A DNA stretch of 46,108 bases from Patescibacteria group bacterium (GCA_038062025.1 JBBTXW010000035.1:1-46108), one strand, 5' to 3'; counted from the stretch's first letter, positions 28,640 to 37,400 are shown. Notes: generated by a model not told the origin, from the sequence alone. Numbers and translations are program-made.

Positions 28640-31081
28640 ATGCCCTTACATACTGTCGAGCTAAGACCGGATCGAACTGCGGAAATCACTCCTGAAGCAG
28701 CCTCGCAAGTTTTCTCTTCTTTATCTTCCTTGCGCTCATCTTTTTTAAACAGGATCTTTGGAACCGAAGAACCAATAGTCTTTGAAATAATCTCACTTGA
28801 CCAAAAAACCCATTTTTACGCCCATTTCCCCGACCCTCTAGCCGCATATATTGAGTCACAAATTGCCGCACAATACCCAAAAGCTTCCGTGGTTGCAGCA
28901 CCTGACCCCCTACCTGAAAAGATTGCAGGAAAGTTTACAGTAGTAGGTGAACTTAAGCTTTCTGGTCCAAACTATCTACCCCTGAAAACTTGGCGCGAGT
29001 TTACAGATTCAGATCCGATGTCTTCAGTTTTGGGAACAATGGCAAAAGTTGATGTGGAAGATACACTTCTTGTGCAGGTTATCGTTCTTCCTACAGGCTC
29101 TGGTTGGAGAAGAGCCGGGGCCCGTGCAGTTTCTCAGGGCGTTATAGACTCGGAAGGAAACAAAAAGGCCCACCCAAAAGCCGCTTTAATTGATAAAAAA
29201 ATTACCCAAAACGGCTTCCGTGTTGGAATTCGCCTGCTTGCCGCCTCAAGCGATGAAAAAAAGGCAAAACAGCTTATCTCCTCCCTCGCCGGGTCATTTG
29301 GATCCTTAACGCTTGGTGAATCTAACTCTCTTATTTATGCAAAACCTGCGTTTTGGCAGCAAAACGCATTTTTACAGTCAATTCTTGCAAGAGGCCCGAA
29401 GTTTGTTCCCGGAGGACAATTTTTAACAGTAGATGAGCTTGCAACGGTTTTTCATCTTCCGTCAGTTAACCTCTCAGAAATTAAAAATGTTACCTGGGGA
29501 GGCTCGCTCCTTGGTGACCCGCCGGATAGTCTTCCAACTGGAGTTGGAGTATCAGACGAGGAAAGAGCCCAAATCAACTTCTTTGCAAAAACCGAATTTA
29601 GAAACCAGCTTACAAATTTTGGAATAAAAAGAATCGACAGAAGGCGCCACGTTTATATTGTTGGAAAGTCAGGAACCGGGAAGTCAACTTTGATTGCAAA
29701 TATGGCAATAAACGATATGTTCAACGGAGAGGGTTTGGCAGTTGTTGACCCACACGGTGATTTATCTGAAATCATTTTAGATTATGTTCCTGCCTTTCGG
29801 ATAAATGACGTTGCCTATCTTGATGCAGCGGGAGCCTCAAAACGCCCCTTTCGCATGAATCTTTTTGAAGTCAAAAATCCTGAGCAAGGCGAACTTGTCG
29901 CCTCAGGAATTGTCTCAATTTTCCAAAAACTTTACGGCTACTCTTGGGGACCTCGTCTTGAGTATATTTTAAGAAACTGTATTTTGACGCTTATTTTGCG
30001 TCCGAACTCAACTTTAGTTGATGTACCCCGAATTTTAACAGATAAAGGGTTTAGAAAATCTGTCGTTGCCGGCCTTGACGATATTGTTCTCAAAAACTTC
30101 TGGGAAAACGAGTTTGAGAAGATGAATGATAAATTACAAACTGAGGCAATTTCCCCGATTTTGAATAAAGTCGGACAATTTGTTTCTTCTCCAACAGTTC
30201 GCGAGATTATTGGCTATCCCGTCTCAACAATAGATATGGAAGATGCAATGAACTCCGGGAAAATTGTTATCTTAAATCTTTCTCAAGGAAGATTAGGCGA
30301 AGATAACGCTGCACTTCTTGGGGCAATGATTATTACAAAAATTCAACTTGCCGCAATGAACCGTGCGGCAATTTCCGAAGAAGAAAGGCGAGATTTTTAT
30401 CTTTATGTTGATGAATTCCAAAACTTTGCAACACATTCTTTTATCAAAATTTTGTCCGAGGCAAGAAAATACCGCTTAAATCTAACAGTTGCCAACCAAT
30501 ATATAAGTCAGGTTATAGAGGAAGTTCAGCATGCAATTTTTGGAAACGTTGGAACCTTAATGAGCTTCTTAGTTTCAGCCCAAGATGCCCAAATTCTTAC
30601 GCGCGAGTTTGGACAAGTTTACAAAGAAGAGGATATGGTTGGTTTGGACAACTACCAAATAATTACAAAACTGGCAATTGACGGAAAAACTTCTCGTCCA
30701 TTCTTTGCATATACTCTTCCGTTGCCTCAAAACAAGACAGATAATAGAGAACAAGTTATCTTTGCATCAGAAGAAAAGTATACAAAGATTGCCGGCGAGG
30801 GGGCGTATGTACCAGTGTCTGTAGATTCTCCCCCATCTGATTTAACTCCCTTACCTCCCCAACAAGCACAAGTAGAAGGGAAAAAGAAAAGAAAAAGAAG
30901 AAAACATGGCGAAGGCGGCGACGGCCCTCGTCCCCAAAGCCCAAATGTCAACGATGTCTGGCGCCCAGAAACCGGCCGACAAGTACCTGTGTTTGGAAAT
31001 CCACAAACAGACCGTCAATCTGCTGTCGGAGCGCATCCGAGTAGCGAAGGATCTTCAAAAGAAACAGTGTACGAGGGATAA
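28640..31081 (+). CDS. VirD4/TraD/HerA/FtsK-superfamily P-loop NTPase with an unrecognised ~330-aa N-terminal domain and a disordered basic C-terminal tail
   Basis: Walker A GKSGTGKST (nt 29663-29689), VVDPHGDL, and Walker B-like FYLYVDEFQNF (DE at 30410-30415). The C-terminal ~95 aa are Pro/Gly/Gln/Arg-rich and include KKKRKRRK. Confidence 0.75.
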   Translation: MPLHTVELRPDRTAEITPEAASQVFSSLSSLRSSFLNRIFGTEEPIVFEIISLDQKTHFYAHFPDPLAAYIESQIAAQYPKASVVAAPDPLPEKIAGKFTVVGELKLSGPNYLPLKTWREFTDSDPMSSVLGTMAKVDVEDTLLVQVIVLPTGSGWRRAGARAVSQGVIDSEGNKKAHPKAALIDKKITQNGFRVGIRLLAASSDEKKAKQLISSLAGSFGSLTLGESNSLIYAKPAFWQQNAFLQSILARGPKFVPGGQFLTVDELATVFHLPSVNLSEIKNVTWGGSLLGDPPDSLPTGVGVSDEERAQINFFAKTEFRNQLTNFGIKRIDRRRHVYIVGKSGTGKSTLIANMAINDMFNGEGLAVVDPHGDLSEIILDYVPAFRINDVAYLDAAGASKRPFRMNLFEVKNPEQGELVASGIVSIFQKLYGYSWGPRLEYILRNCILTLILRPNSTLVDVPRILTDKGFRKSVVAGLDDIVLKNFWENEFEKMNDKLQTEAISPILNKVGQFVSSPTVREIIGYPVSTIDMEDAMNSGKIVILNLSQGRLGEDNAALLGAMIITKIQLAAMNRAAISEEERRDFYLYVDEFQNFATHSFIKILSEARKYRLNLTVANQYISQVIEEVQHAIFGNVGTLMSFLVSAQDAQILTREFGQVYKEEDMVGLDNYQIITKLAIDGKTSRPFFAYTLPLPQNKTDNREQVIFASEEKYTKIAGEGAYVPVSVDSPPSDLTPLPPQQAQVEGKKKRKRRKHGEGGDGPRPQSPNVNDVWRPETGRQVPVFGNPQTDRQSAVGAHPSSEGSSKETVYEG

Positions 31082-31212
31082 GCTAGAAAAAGAGCTGTCT
31101 TTCAAACATTTCTGTTTAATCAACAGCTCCTGCGAGCTAACCCTGGTCATAATTTTGTCGGCATGTCACGCTGAACCAGAGCGCCTATTATCACAAAGAC
31201 GCCTTTCTCCTT

Positions 31213-31392
31213 CTAGGTAATCCCCACCTGCTTTTCACAGACTGTGCACCAGTTGTAGTCCTCGATCGCGTCCTGCTTTTGCCTGTACTCGACCTTGTGC
31301 CCACGGATCCAGCACCAGACGTGGTCTAGCGAGCAGATGAACCCAAGTAAAAACAAGAGAGGAAGTGCTGCTGCATAGGCGATGAACTTCAC
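31213..31392 (-). CDS. small (59 aa) membrane protein with a His/Cys-rich tail; the only minus-strand gene in the window
   Basis: GTG start is preceded by AGGAG with a 6-nt spacer. There is an N-terminal hydrophobic helix (FIAYAAALPLLFLLGFI) followed by H-x3-C...H...C-x2-C. GC3 is ~73% by hand count, well above neighbouring genes. Confidence 0.5.
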   Translation of the reverse strand: MKFIAYAAALPLLFLLGFICSLDHVWCWIRGHKVEYRQKQDAIEDYNWCTVCEKQVGIT

Positions 31393-31430
31393 ACGTTTCT
31401 CCTGCCAATTTAAAAATGTGCGACAAACGT

Positions 31431-31459
31431 TTGATCTAGTATAGCCGAAGCTGTATAAT
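31431..31459 (+). promoter_or_regulatory. candidate internal promoter for murC: TTGATC-17 nt-TATAAT
   Basis: A perfect -10 at 31454-31459 and a 4/6 -35 at 31431-31436. It sits only 11 nt before the murC ATG, with no SD, so the mRNA would be nearly leaderless. Confidence 0.45.
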
Positions 31460-31470
31460 TTAGCGACATT

Positions 31471-32907
31471 ATGACCTCTAATGTTACTTCCCCCCTTGAG
31501 GCTAACCACATCCACTTTGTAGGTATTAAAGGAGTCGGTATGACCGCTTTGGCCTTGTGTGCAAAAGACCTGGGGATAAAAATCACAGGTTCAGATGTTG
31601 AGGAAGTCTTCGTAACCGACTCTACACTAACCAACCACGGGCTAACGTGGCTAAAGGGCTTTTCTGCGGAGAATTTAAATCCCAAACCGGATCTTGTGAT
31701 TTTTACCGGAGCTCATGGCGGATTTAACAACCCAGAGGTAGTAGAAGCTCAAAAGCTCGGTATCCCAACAATGTCTCACGCCCAAGCCTTAGGAGAATTT
31801 GCAAAGGGAAAAGAATTGATAACAGTTGGTGGAGTCGGGGGTAAAACAACAATAGCCTCAATGGTTTCAACAATGCTTAGTACTACTGGCAAACACCCTT
31901 CGTTTGCAGTAGGTGTAGGGGATATAAAAGCTTTAGGAACTCCCGGAAGATACGACAAAGAAGGGAAATATTTTGTAACTGAAGCTGATGAATTTGCAAT
32001 TTCTCACGGCATCGATAACAGACCTCGTTTTACTTTCCAAAATCCAAAAGTCTTAATTCTCCCCAACCTCGAACATGACCACCCTGATATTTATCCAAAC
32101 TTCGAAGACACAAAACGTGTTTTTCTTGAGTTTATAAATCGTGTTCCCGCAGATGGACTCCTTGTAGCGTGTATTGACAACGCGAACGTTCGGGAGCTAG
32201 TAAAAAACACAAAAGTTCCGGTTCAAACTTATGGATTTTCAGAAGATGCCGACTGCAAGATTACAAGTGTCGAAATAGAAAATCAAATAGCAAATACTAC
32301 ACTCCTACATAGGGGTGTAGAACACAAGTTTTCACTAAATGTACCAGGGAGATTTAATGTTCTGAATGCGACTACTTCGATTGTGGCTTGTTCATTTTTG
32401 GACTTGACCCAAGAAGAACTAAAAAAAGGGATTGAATCTTATACCGGCTGCCAACGCCGCATAGAAAAAGTGCGAGAGTTGGACGGGATAACATATTACG
32501 ATGACTATGCCCATCACCCAACTGAAATCCATGCAGTATTAAGTGCTTTGCGTGACTGGTACCCTGATCGCCCAATTGTGGCAATTTTCCAACCACACAC
32601 ATACTCAAGAACCAAAGTGCTATTTGAAGAATTTTCAAAAAGCTTTGGTAATGCAAACAAGGTTGCAATTATGGATATTTACGCTTCTGCCAGGGAGGAA
32701 AAGGATCCAACTGTGAATTCTCAAAAATTAGTGGAAGAAACTAAAAAGTACCATAATGATGTGCACTTTACTGGTGGGCACGAAACGACCATTGAATTTC
32801 TCACAAAAAACACACAAAAAGGTGATGTAGTTGTGACGATAGGCGCAGGAGATATATTTCACATCTGGGATGAATTAACCAATAAACATTTGAACAATGA
32901 CCAATAA
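31471..32907 (+). CDS. murC: UDP-N-acetylmuramate--L-alanine ligase
   Basis: HFVGIKGVGMTALA, GGVGGKTTIASM and YDDYAHHPTEI. Confidence 0.9.
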   Translation: MTSNVTSPLEANHIHFVGIKGVGMTALALCAKDLGIKITGSDVEEVFVTDSTLTNHGLTWLKGFSAENLNPKPDLVIFTGAHGGFNNPEVVEAQKLGIPTMSHAQALGEFAKGKELITVGGVGGKTTIASMVSTMLSTTGKHPSFAVGVGDIKALGTPGRYDKEGKYFVTEADEFAISHGIDNRPRFTFQNPKVLILPNLEHDHPDIYPNFEDTKRVFLEFINRVPADGLLVACIDNANVRELVKNTKVPVQTYGFSEDADCKITSVEIENQIANTTLLHRGVEHKFSLNVPGRFNVLNATTSIVACSFLDLTQEELKKGIESYTGCQRRIEKVRELDGITYYDDYAHHPTEIHAVLSALRDWYPDRPIVAIFQPHTYSRTKVLFEEFSKSFGNANKVAIMDIYASAREEKDPTVNSQKLVEETKKYHNDVHFTGGHETTIEFLTKNTQKGDVVVTIGAGDIFHIWDELTNKHLNNDQ

Positions 32908-32973
32908 TTTAATCAATGATTCAATGATCCATTTATTGATTACTGATTAATTGATAATTAATTATTTCACCTA
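32893..32973. repeat. AT-rich repeat copy 1 (murC 3' end to murB start), containing the tandem TCAATGAT TCAATGAT
   Basis: It shares the collinear blocks ACCAATAATT, AATCAATGA, TTATTGAT and TGATTAATT with 33898..33994. Confidence 0.5.
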
Positions 32974-33897
32974 ATGAATATTAAACAGAACGTATCTTTA
33001 GCTCAATACACAACCTTAGAAATTGGTGGACCTGCAAGATATTTTGTCGAGGTAAAAAGCGAAGATGAACTAAAAGAGGCTCTTCGGTGGGCTAAAGAAA
33101 AAGGTGTAGAAACAATTGTGATTGCTGGAGGAAGCAACCTTTTAATTCATGATGACGGCTATGATGGGTTAGTTATTAAGCTATCTTTTGGCGGGATTAC
33201 GTCTGATGGCAAGGTTGTTCGAATTGGAGCAGGCGAGAGTTTGCAAAATCTTGTTGACTTTGCAAATGAAAACGGACTATCCGGGGCAGAACAACTTGCT
33301 GGAATTCCAGGCACCGTTGGAGGAGCAATCTATGGAAACGCAGGTGCTTATGGACAAACGATAAGCGACAAGATAAATCGTGTGAGAATTTTTAAAAACG
33401 GAGAAAACAAATGGATAGAAAAAGACGAATGCGGGTTTAACTATCGCGAAAGCGGATTCAAAACAGACAAAAATTTGGTAATTTTGGAAGTAGAATTTGT
33501 TTTCGAGGAAGGAAACTCCAGTGAGCTTACAAAAATATCGGATGACACAATTCTAAAAAGGACAGAGAAATATAAACCGGGAATAAAATGCCCAGGTAGC
33601 TTTTTTAAGAATATCTTAATCTCAAAACTCCCCAAAATGACGCAGAAATCAATGCCAAAAGACTATTATGGAAAAGCTCCTGCTTGGTGGTTTTTGGAGC
33701 AAGTCGGAGCAAAAGGTGCAAGGCGCGGCGCAATTGAAATTGCAGATTTCCATGCAAATTTATTTGTGAATACCGGAGGAGGATCAGCTCAAGATTTTTA
33801 TGATTTAGCAAAAGAATATCAAAATAAAGTTTATGAGAAATTTGGTATAAAACTAGAGACTGAGGTACAGCTGGTAGGGTTTAGGGAAACTCTTTAA
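32974..33897 (+). CDS. murB: UDP-N-acetylenolpyruvoylglucosamine reductase
   Basis: QYTTLEIGGPARYF, AGGSNLL and AGIPGTVGGAIYGNAGAYG. Confidence 0.9.
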   Translation: MNIKQNVSLAQYTTLEIGGPARYFVEVKSEDELKEALRWAKEKGVETIVIAGGSNLLIHDDGYDGLVIKLSFGGITSDGKVVRIGAGESLQNLVDFANENGLSGAEQLAGIPGTVGGAIYGNAGAYGQTISDKINRVRIFKNGENKWIEKDECGFNYRESGFKTDKNLVILEVEFVFEEGNSSELTKISDDTILKRTEKYKPGIKCPGSFFKNILISKLPKMTQKSMPKDYYGKAPAWWFLEQVGAKGARRGAIEIADFHANLFVNTGGGSAQDFYDLAKEYQNKVYEKFGIKLETEVQLVGFRETL

Positions 33898-33994
33898 TAA
33901 CCAATGGAACAATAACCAGTAACCAATAATTGATCATTGAATCAATGACTCACTAACTGATTATTGATGAAATGATTATTGATTAATTCAAAAT
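33898..33994. repeat. AT-rich repeat copy 2 (murB stop to murD start), containing the perfect palindrome TCATTGA-A-TCAATGA (33934-33948)
   Basis: The same four blocks occur in the same order as in copy 1. Confidence 0.5.
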
Positions 33995-35323
33995 ATGCAT
34001 TACTCAAAATACAACATTGCCATTTTAGGCTTTGGAGTTGAAGGCCAAGACTCGGCAAGATATTTCTTAGGTCAAAATTCAAAAAGAATTACTGTGTTTG
34101 ACAAGCGCCCAGAGGGTGAGGTTGTGAGTGGTGAGTGGAACGATCGCGGTGTGGAGTTCGTATGTGGGGAAAACTACTTAGCAAAAGGTCTAAAAAGTTA
34201 CGACTACATTGTTCGCTCGCCAGGTGTTTACCGTTATCTTCCCGAAATTATGGAAGCAGAAATACGGGGCACCAAAATAACCTCAAACACAATTTTATTT
34301 TTTGAAGAATCGGAAGCCAATATTATCGGAATAACCGGAACAAAAGGAAAAGGAACAACTGCTCAAATGTTGAAGTTAGGACTAGAAGCCAGCGGCAAAA
34401 AGGTTTTGCTTTTGGGGAATATCGGAACACCAATGCTTGATAGAATCGACGACGCCGATACTTTCGATTGGGTGATTTTGGAGCTGTCATCGTTTCAACT
34501 TATCGATCTTCCCTACAGTCCACCAATTGCGGTTGTGACCAATATTAAAACCGATCATTTAAATTGGCACAAAGACAGAGAAGAATATGTTCGCGCAAAA
34601 GCAAATTTGTGGATTCACCAAAAGCCAACTGACACTGTGGTGTTCAACAGAAATGATGAAACATCAGTGGAGCTTGCTAAATCTGCCCCAGGCCAAGTTA
34701 TGTGGTTTTCTCGAGGCGAAACCTCTGCTGTCCGAGCGCATTCAGTGGACGCTCAAAAATTAAAAGTGCCGGGCGAACATAATGCCGAAAATGCTCTGGC
34801 TGCCCTACAGGCTGGGATCGCCGCTGGCGATGATATAGATAAAATGTGGGACGGAATTTGCAAATATGAAGGCGCTGAACATAGACTTGAGTTTGTCGCA
34901 GAAATTAAAGGTGTGAAATATATAAACGACTCTGCAGCAACTACTCCAGAATCTGCAATTGCAGCATTAACCACTTTTAAAGAACCCAAGATTCTTATTG
35001 TAGGGGGATCATTCAAGGGTGTTCGTTTTAATGAATTTGCAAAAAAAGTTCTAGAGAATAATGTAAAAACAGTATTTGTGATTGGTGAGTCTGGAAGTGA
35101 AATAAAAACTGAACTAAAAAAAGCAGGATTCAAAGGTGAAATCGTAAACGACGTAGAAAACATGGAAAACCTTATTTCTCAAGCAAACGATAAAGCAAAT
35201 TCAGGAGATGTAGTTTTGCTGTCACCAGCCTGCGCCTCGTTTGGATTGTTTAAAAACTACCAAGATCGAGGTAATGCATTCAAAGAGGCTGTGCGCAGAT
35301 TGAAATCTGCTAATACAGCGTAA
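33995..35323 (+). CDS. murD: UDP-N-acetylmuramoylalanine--D-glutamate ligase
   Basis: GITGTKGKGTT, EHRLEFV and INDSAATTPES. Confidence 0.9.
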   Translation: MHYSKYNIAILGFGVEGQDSARYFLGQNSKRITVFDKRPEGEVVSGEWNDRGVEFVCGENYLAKGLKSYDYIVRSPGVYRYLPEIMEAEIRGTKITSNTILFFEESEANIIGITGTKGKGTTAQMLKLGLEASGKKVLLLGNIGTPMLDRIDDADTFDWVILELSSFQLIDLPYSPPIAVVTNIKTDHLNWHKDREEYVRAKANLWIHQKPTDTVVFNRNDETSVELAKSAPGQVMWFSRGETSAVRAHSVDAQKLKVPGEHNAENALAALQAGIAAGDDIDKMWDGICKYEGAEHRLEFVAEIKGVKYINDSAATTPESAIAALTTFKEPKILIVGGSFKGVRFNEFAKKVLENNVKTVFVIGESGSEIKTELKKAGFKGEIVNDVENMENLISQANDKANSGDVVLLSPACASFGLFKNYQDRGNAFKEAVRRLKSANTA

Positions 35324-35358
35324 TGAAACCTGCGTTGCAGTAGCGCAATTCATTGCGC
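35295..35358. repeat. second copy of the hairpin element family (three short GC-rich stem-loops); it overlaps the last 10 codons of murD
   Basis: GCAGAT-TGAA-ATCTGC followed by TAATACAGCG (35295-35320), CTGC-GTT-GCAG (35330-35340), and GCGCAA-TTCA-TTGCGC (35343-35358). Compare 24199..24306. Confidence 0.4.
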
Positions 35359-35365
35359 GCCAAAT

Positions 35366-36667
35366 ATGGACAACGATATTTTAAAAATAAAAGGCGGAAA
35401 ACCAATTCAAGGAACGGTTTCGGTTCATGGTGCCAAAAATGCTGTATCAAAAATTATGGTCGCTGCACTTTTAACCGAAGAACCATGTGTCTTACATAAC
35501 GTATCTTGGGTAGTTGATACGGATTTGATGATGAATCTAATTCCGTCATTAGGCGGAACAGCAGAAAAAATTGGAGGCCGCGATGTCAGAATAACTGCCA
35601 AGACACTTCATGGAATGGATAATCAAAAATTCCAGGAAGTCGTTGGGAAAAGCCGTGTTCCGATTCTTCTTTGTGGCCCACTACTGGCCCGTCATGGGCA
35701 AGCCTTAATCCCTGCCCTTGGTGGTTGTGTAATTGGTGATCGTCCCGTAGATTTTCATATTGCCGCATTGAAAAAACTTGGCGCAAAAGTCGAAGAAAGA
35801 TCTGATGGAATTTACTTCTCAGCCAAGAAACTCCATGGCGCACCAATTCGTCTTGAATATCCAAGCGTTGGTGCAACCGAACAAGTTTTATTAAGTGCAA
35901 CAACCGCCGATGGAATAACTGAACTTTCAAACGCTGCAATTGAACCGGAAATATTAGATTTAGTTGAAGTCTTAAACAAAATGGGAGCAGACATTACTCT
36001 AAATGACAGAATCTACACAATAAAAGGAGTAAAAAGTTTGAGGGGTTTCGACCACACCCCCATTCCAGACCGTCTGGAAGTTGCATCATGGGCCTGTTTG
36101 AGCGCGGCAACAAACGGAAAAATATTTGTTGAAAACGCAAATCCTGAACATCTTCGAGCGTTTTTAGAAAAATTTGAAGAAGTTGGAGGAGAATTTAGAA
36201 TCTTGGACAATGGGATATCTTTTTGGCGTGCAGGGAGCAAATTAAAAACAACAAATATTGAAACGGATGTTTATCCTGAATTTGCAACCGACTGGCAGCA
36301 GCCATTTACAGTGTTGCTGACTCTTGCTCGGGGTGAATCACATATCCACGAAACAGTTTACGAAAACCGCTTTGGCCATGCCAATTCTCTAAACAAAATG
36401 GGAGCAAGTATAAACTTAATTAAAGAGTGCAGAGGAACATTGTGTCGCTTTAACAATGAACACTTCCATACTGCAATAATAAATGGTGGAGGAAAACTGC
36501 ATGGAGAGGATATTGAAGTCCCAGATCTTCGGGGCGGGTTTTCGTATGTAATAGCAGCAGCCGCAGCAGACGGAATATCAACAATTAGGAATATTAAACT
36601 TTTAAAACGCGGATATGAAGACTTTGTACCAAAGCTCCAAACCCTCGGAGTTGATATGATTAGTTAA
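35366..36667 (+). CDS. murA: UDP-N-acetylglucosamine 1-carboxyvinyltransferase
   Basis: LKIKGGKPIQGTVSVHGAKNA and LGGCVIGDRPVDFH (active-site Cys present). Confidence 0.92.
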   Translation: MDNDILKIKGGKPIQGTVSVHGAKNAVSKIMVAALLTEEPCVLHNVSWVVDTDLMMNLIPSLGGTAEKIGGRDVRITAKTLHGMDNQKFQEVVGKSRVPILLCGPLLARHGQALIPALGGCVIGDRPVDFHIAALKKLGAKVEERSDGIYFSAKKLHGAPIRLEYPSVGATEQVLLSATTADGITELSNAAIEPEILDLVEVLNKMGADITLNDRIYTIKGVKSLRGFDHTPIPDRLEVASWACLSAATNGKIFVENANPEHLRAFLEKFEEVGGEFRILDNGISFWRAGSKLKTTNIETDVYPEFATDWQQPFTVLLTLARGESHIHETVYENRFGHANSLNKMGASINLIKECRGTLCRFNNEHFHTAIINGGGKLHGEDIEVPDLRGGFSYVIAAAAADGISTIRNIKLLKRGYEDFVPKLQTLGVDMIS

Positions 36668-36683
36668 CCCATGAAAAATATAT

Positions 36684-37400
36684 ATGAGTTTTGAGAAAAA
36701 CATAATCCTTCTTCACGGCTGGGGAGCAAATACAAAAAAGCTTGAGGCGCTTGCCCAAAGCCTGAGAGTGAAAAAGTGGAAAGTTTTGATTCCTGAACTT
36801 CCCGGATTTGATGCTCCTGAACCCGATAAAGAGTGGTCCCTGGCTGAGTATGCAGAATTTGTCACACGCTTTGCAGGTAAAGCATTCGGAAGGCAAAAAT
36901 ATTATGTGTTTGGCCATTCATTTGGCGGAGGAATAGCACTCAAGCTTGCAGTAAAAAATGCCAATTCGCCAAACGGCATTGTCTTGTGCGCAAACCGCGG
37001 AATATCTCGTGGAAACCCGATAAAGCGAGGCATTTTTTATCTACTTGCCAAAGCTGGAAAAGTATTTGTATCTGTACTTCCTCTTGCCAACTCTTGGCGA
37101 AAGATCCTTTATATGGCCGCAAGAGAGCATGACTACGAAAAAACATCTCCAAAAATGAAGGGAATATTTAAAAAAGTGGTCGCGGAGGATTTAAAGCCAC
37201 TTATTTCTCAAATTAAACTTCCCACACTTGTGCTTTGGGGAAAGGACGATCGAATTACACCAGTTTCAGATGCATATTTTTTGAAAAAAAATCTTAAAAA
37301 CTCTAAAGTTCTAATCTTTGAAAACCAGGGCCACAGACTCCCATACGAAAGCCCCCAAGTTTTAGCAAATGAGATAAATATCTGGGCAACAGAAAAATGA
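36684..37400 (+). CDS. alpha/beta-fold hydrolase
   Basis: ILLHGWG, the nucleophile elbow GHSFGGG, and late GKDD and QGH residues consistent with a Ser-Asp-His triad. Confidence 0.75.
   Translation: MSFEKNIILLHGWGANTKKLEALAQSLRVKKWKVLIPELPGFDAPEPDKEWSLAEYAEFVTRFAGKAFGRQKYYVFGHSFGGGIALKLAVKNANSPNGIVLCANRGISRGNPIKRGIFYLLAKAGKVFVSVLPLANSWRKILYMAAREHDYEKTSPKMKGIFKKVVAEDLKPLISQIKLPTLVLWGKDDRITPVSDAYFLKKNLKNSKVLIFENQGHRLPYESPQVLANEINIWATEK

Noticed and set aside
28619-31470. The ATPase plus the small gene as a discrete integrated mobile element with flanking direct repeats
   Set aside because: Only a weak shared TAAAAAYGTG decamer is visible at the two borders (about 28616 and 31411). No integrase, transposase, relaxase or tRNA attachment site is present. 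The compositional anomaly covers only about 30.8-31.4 kb, so an element boundary cannot be supported from the sequence alone.
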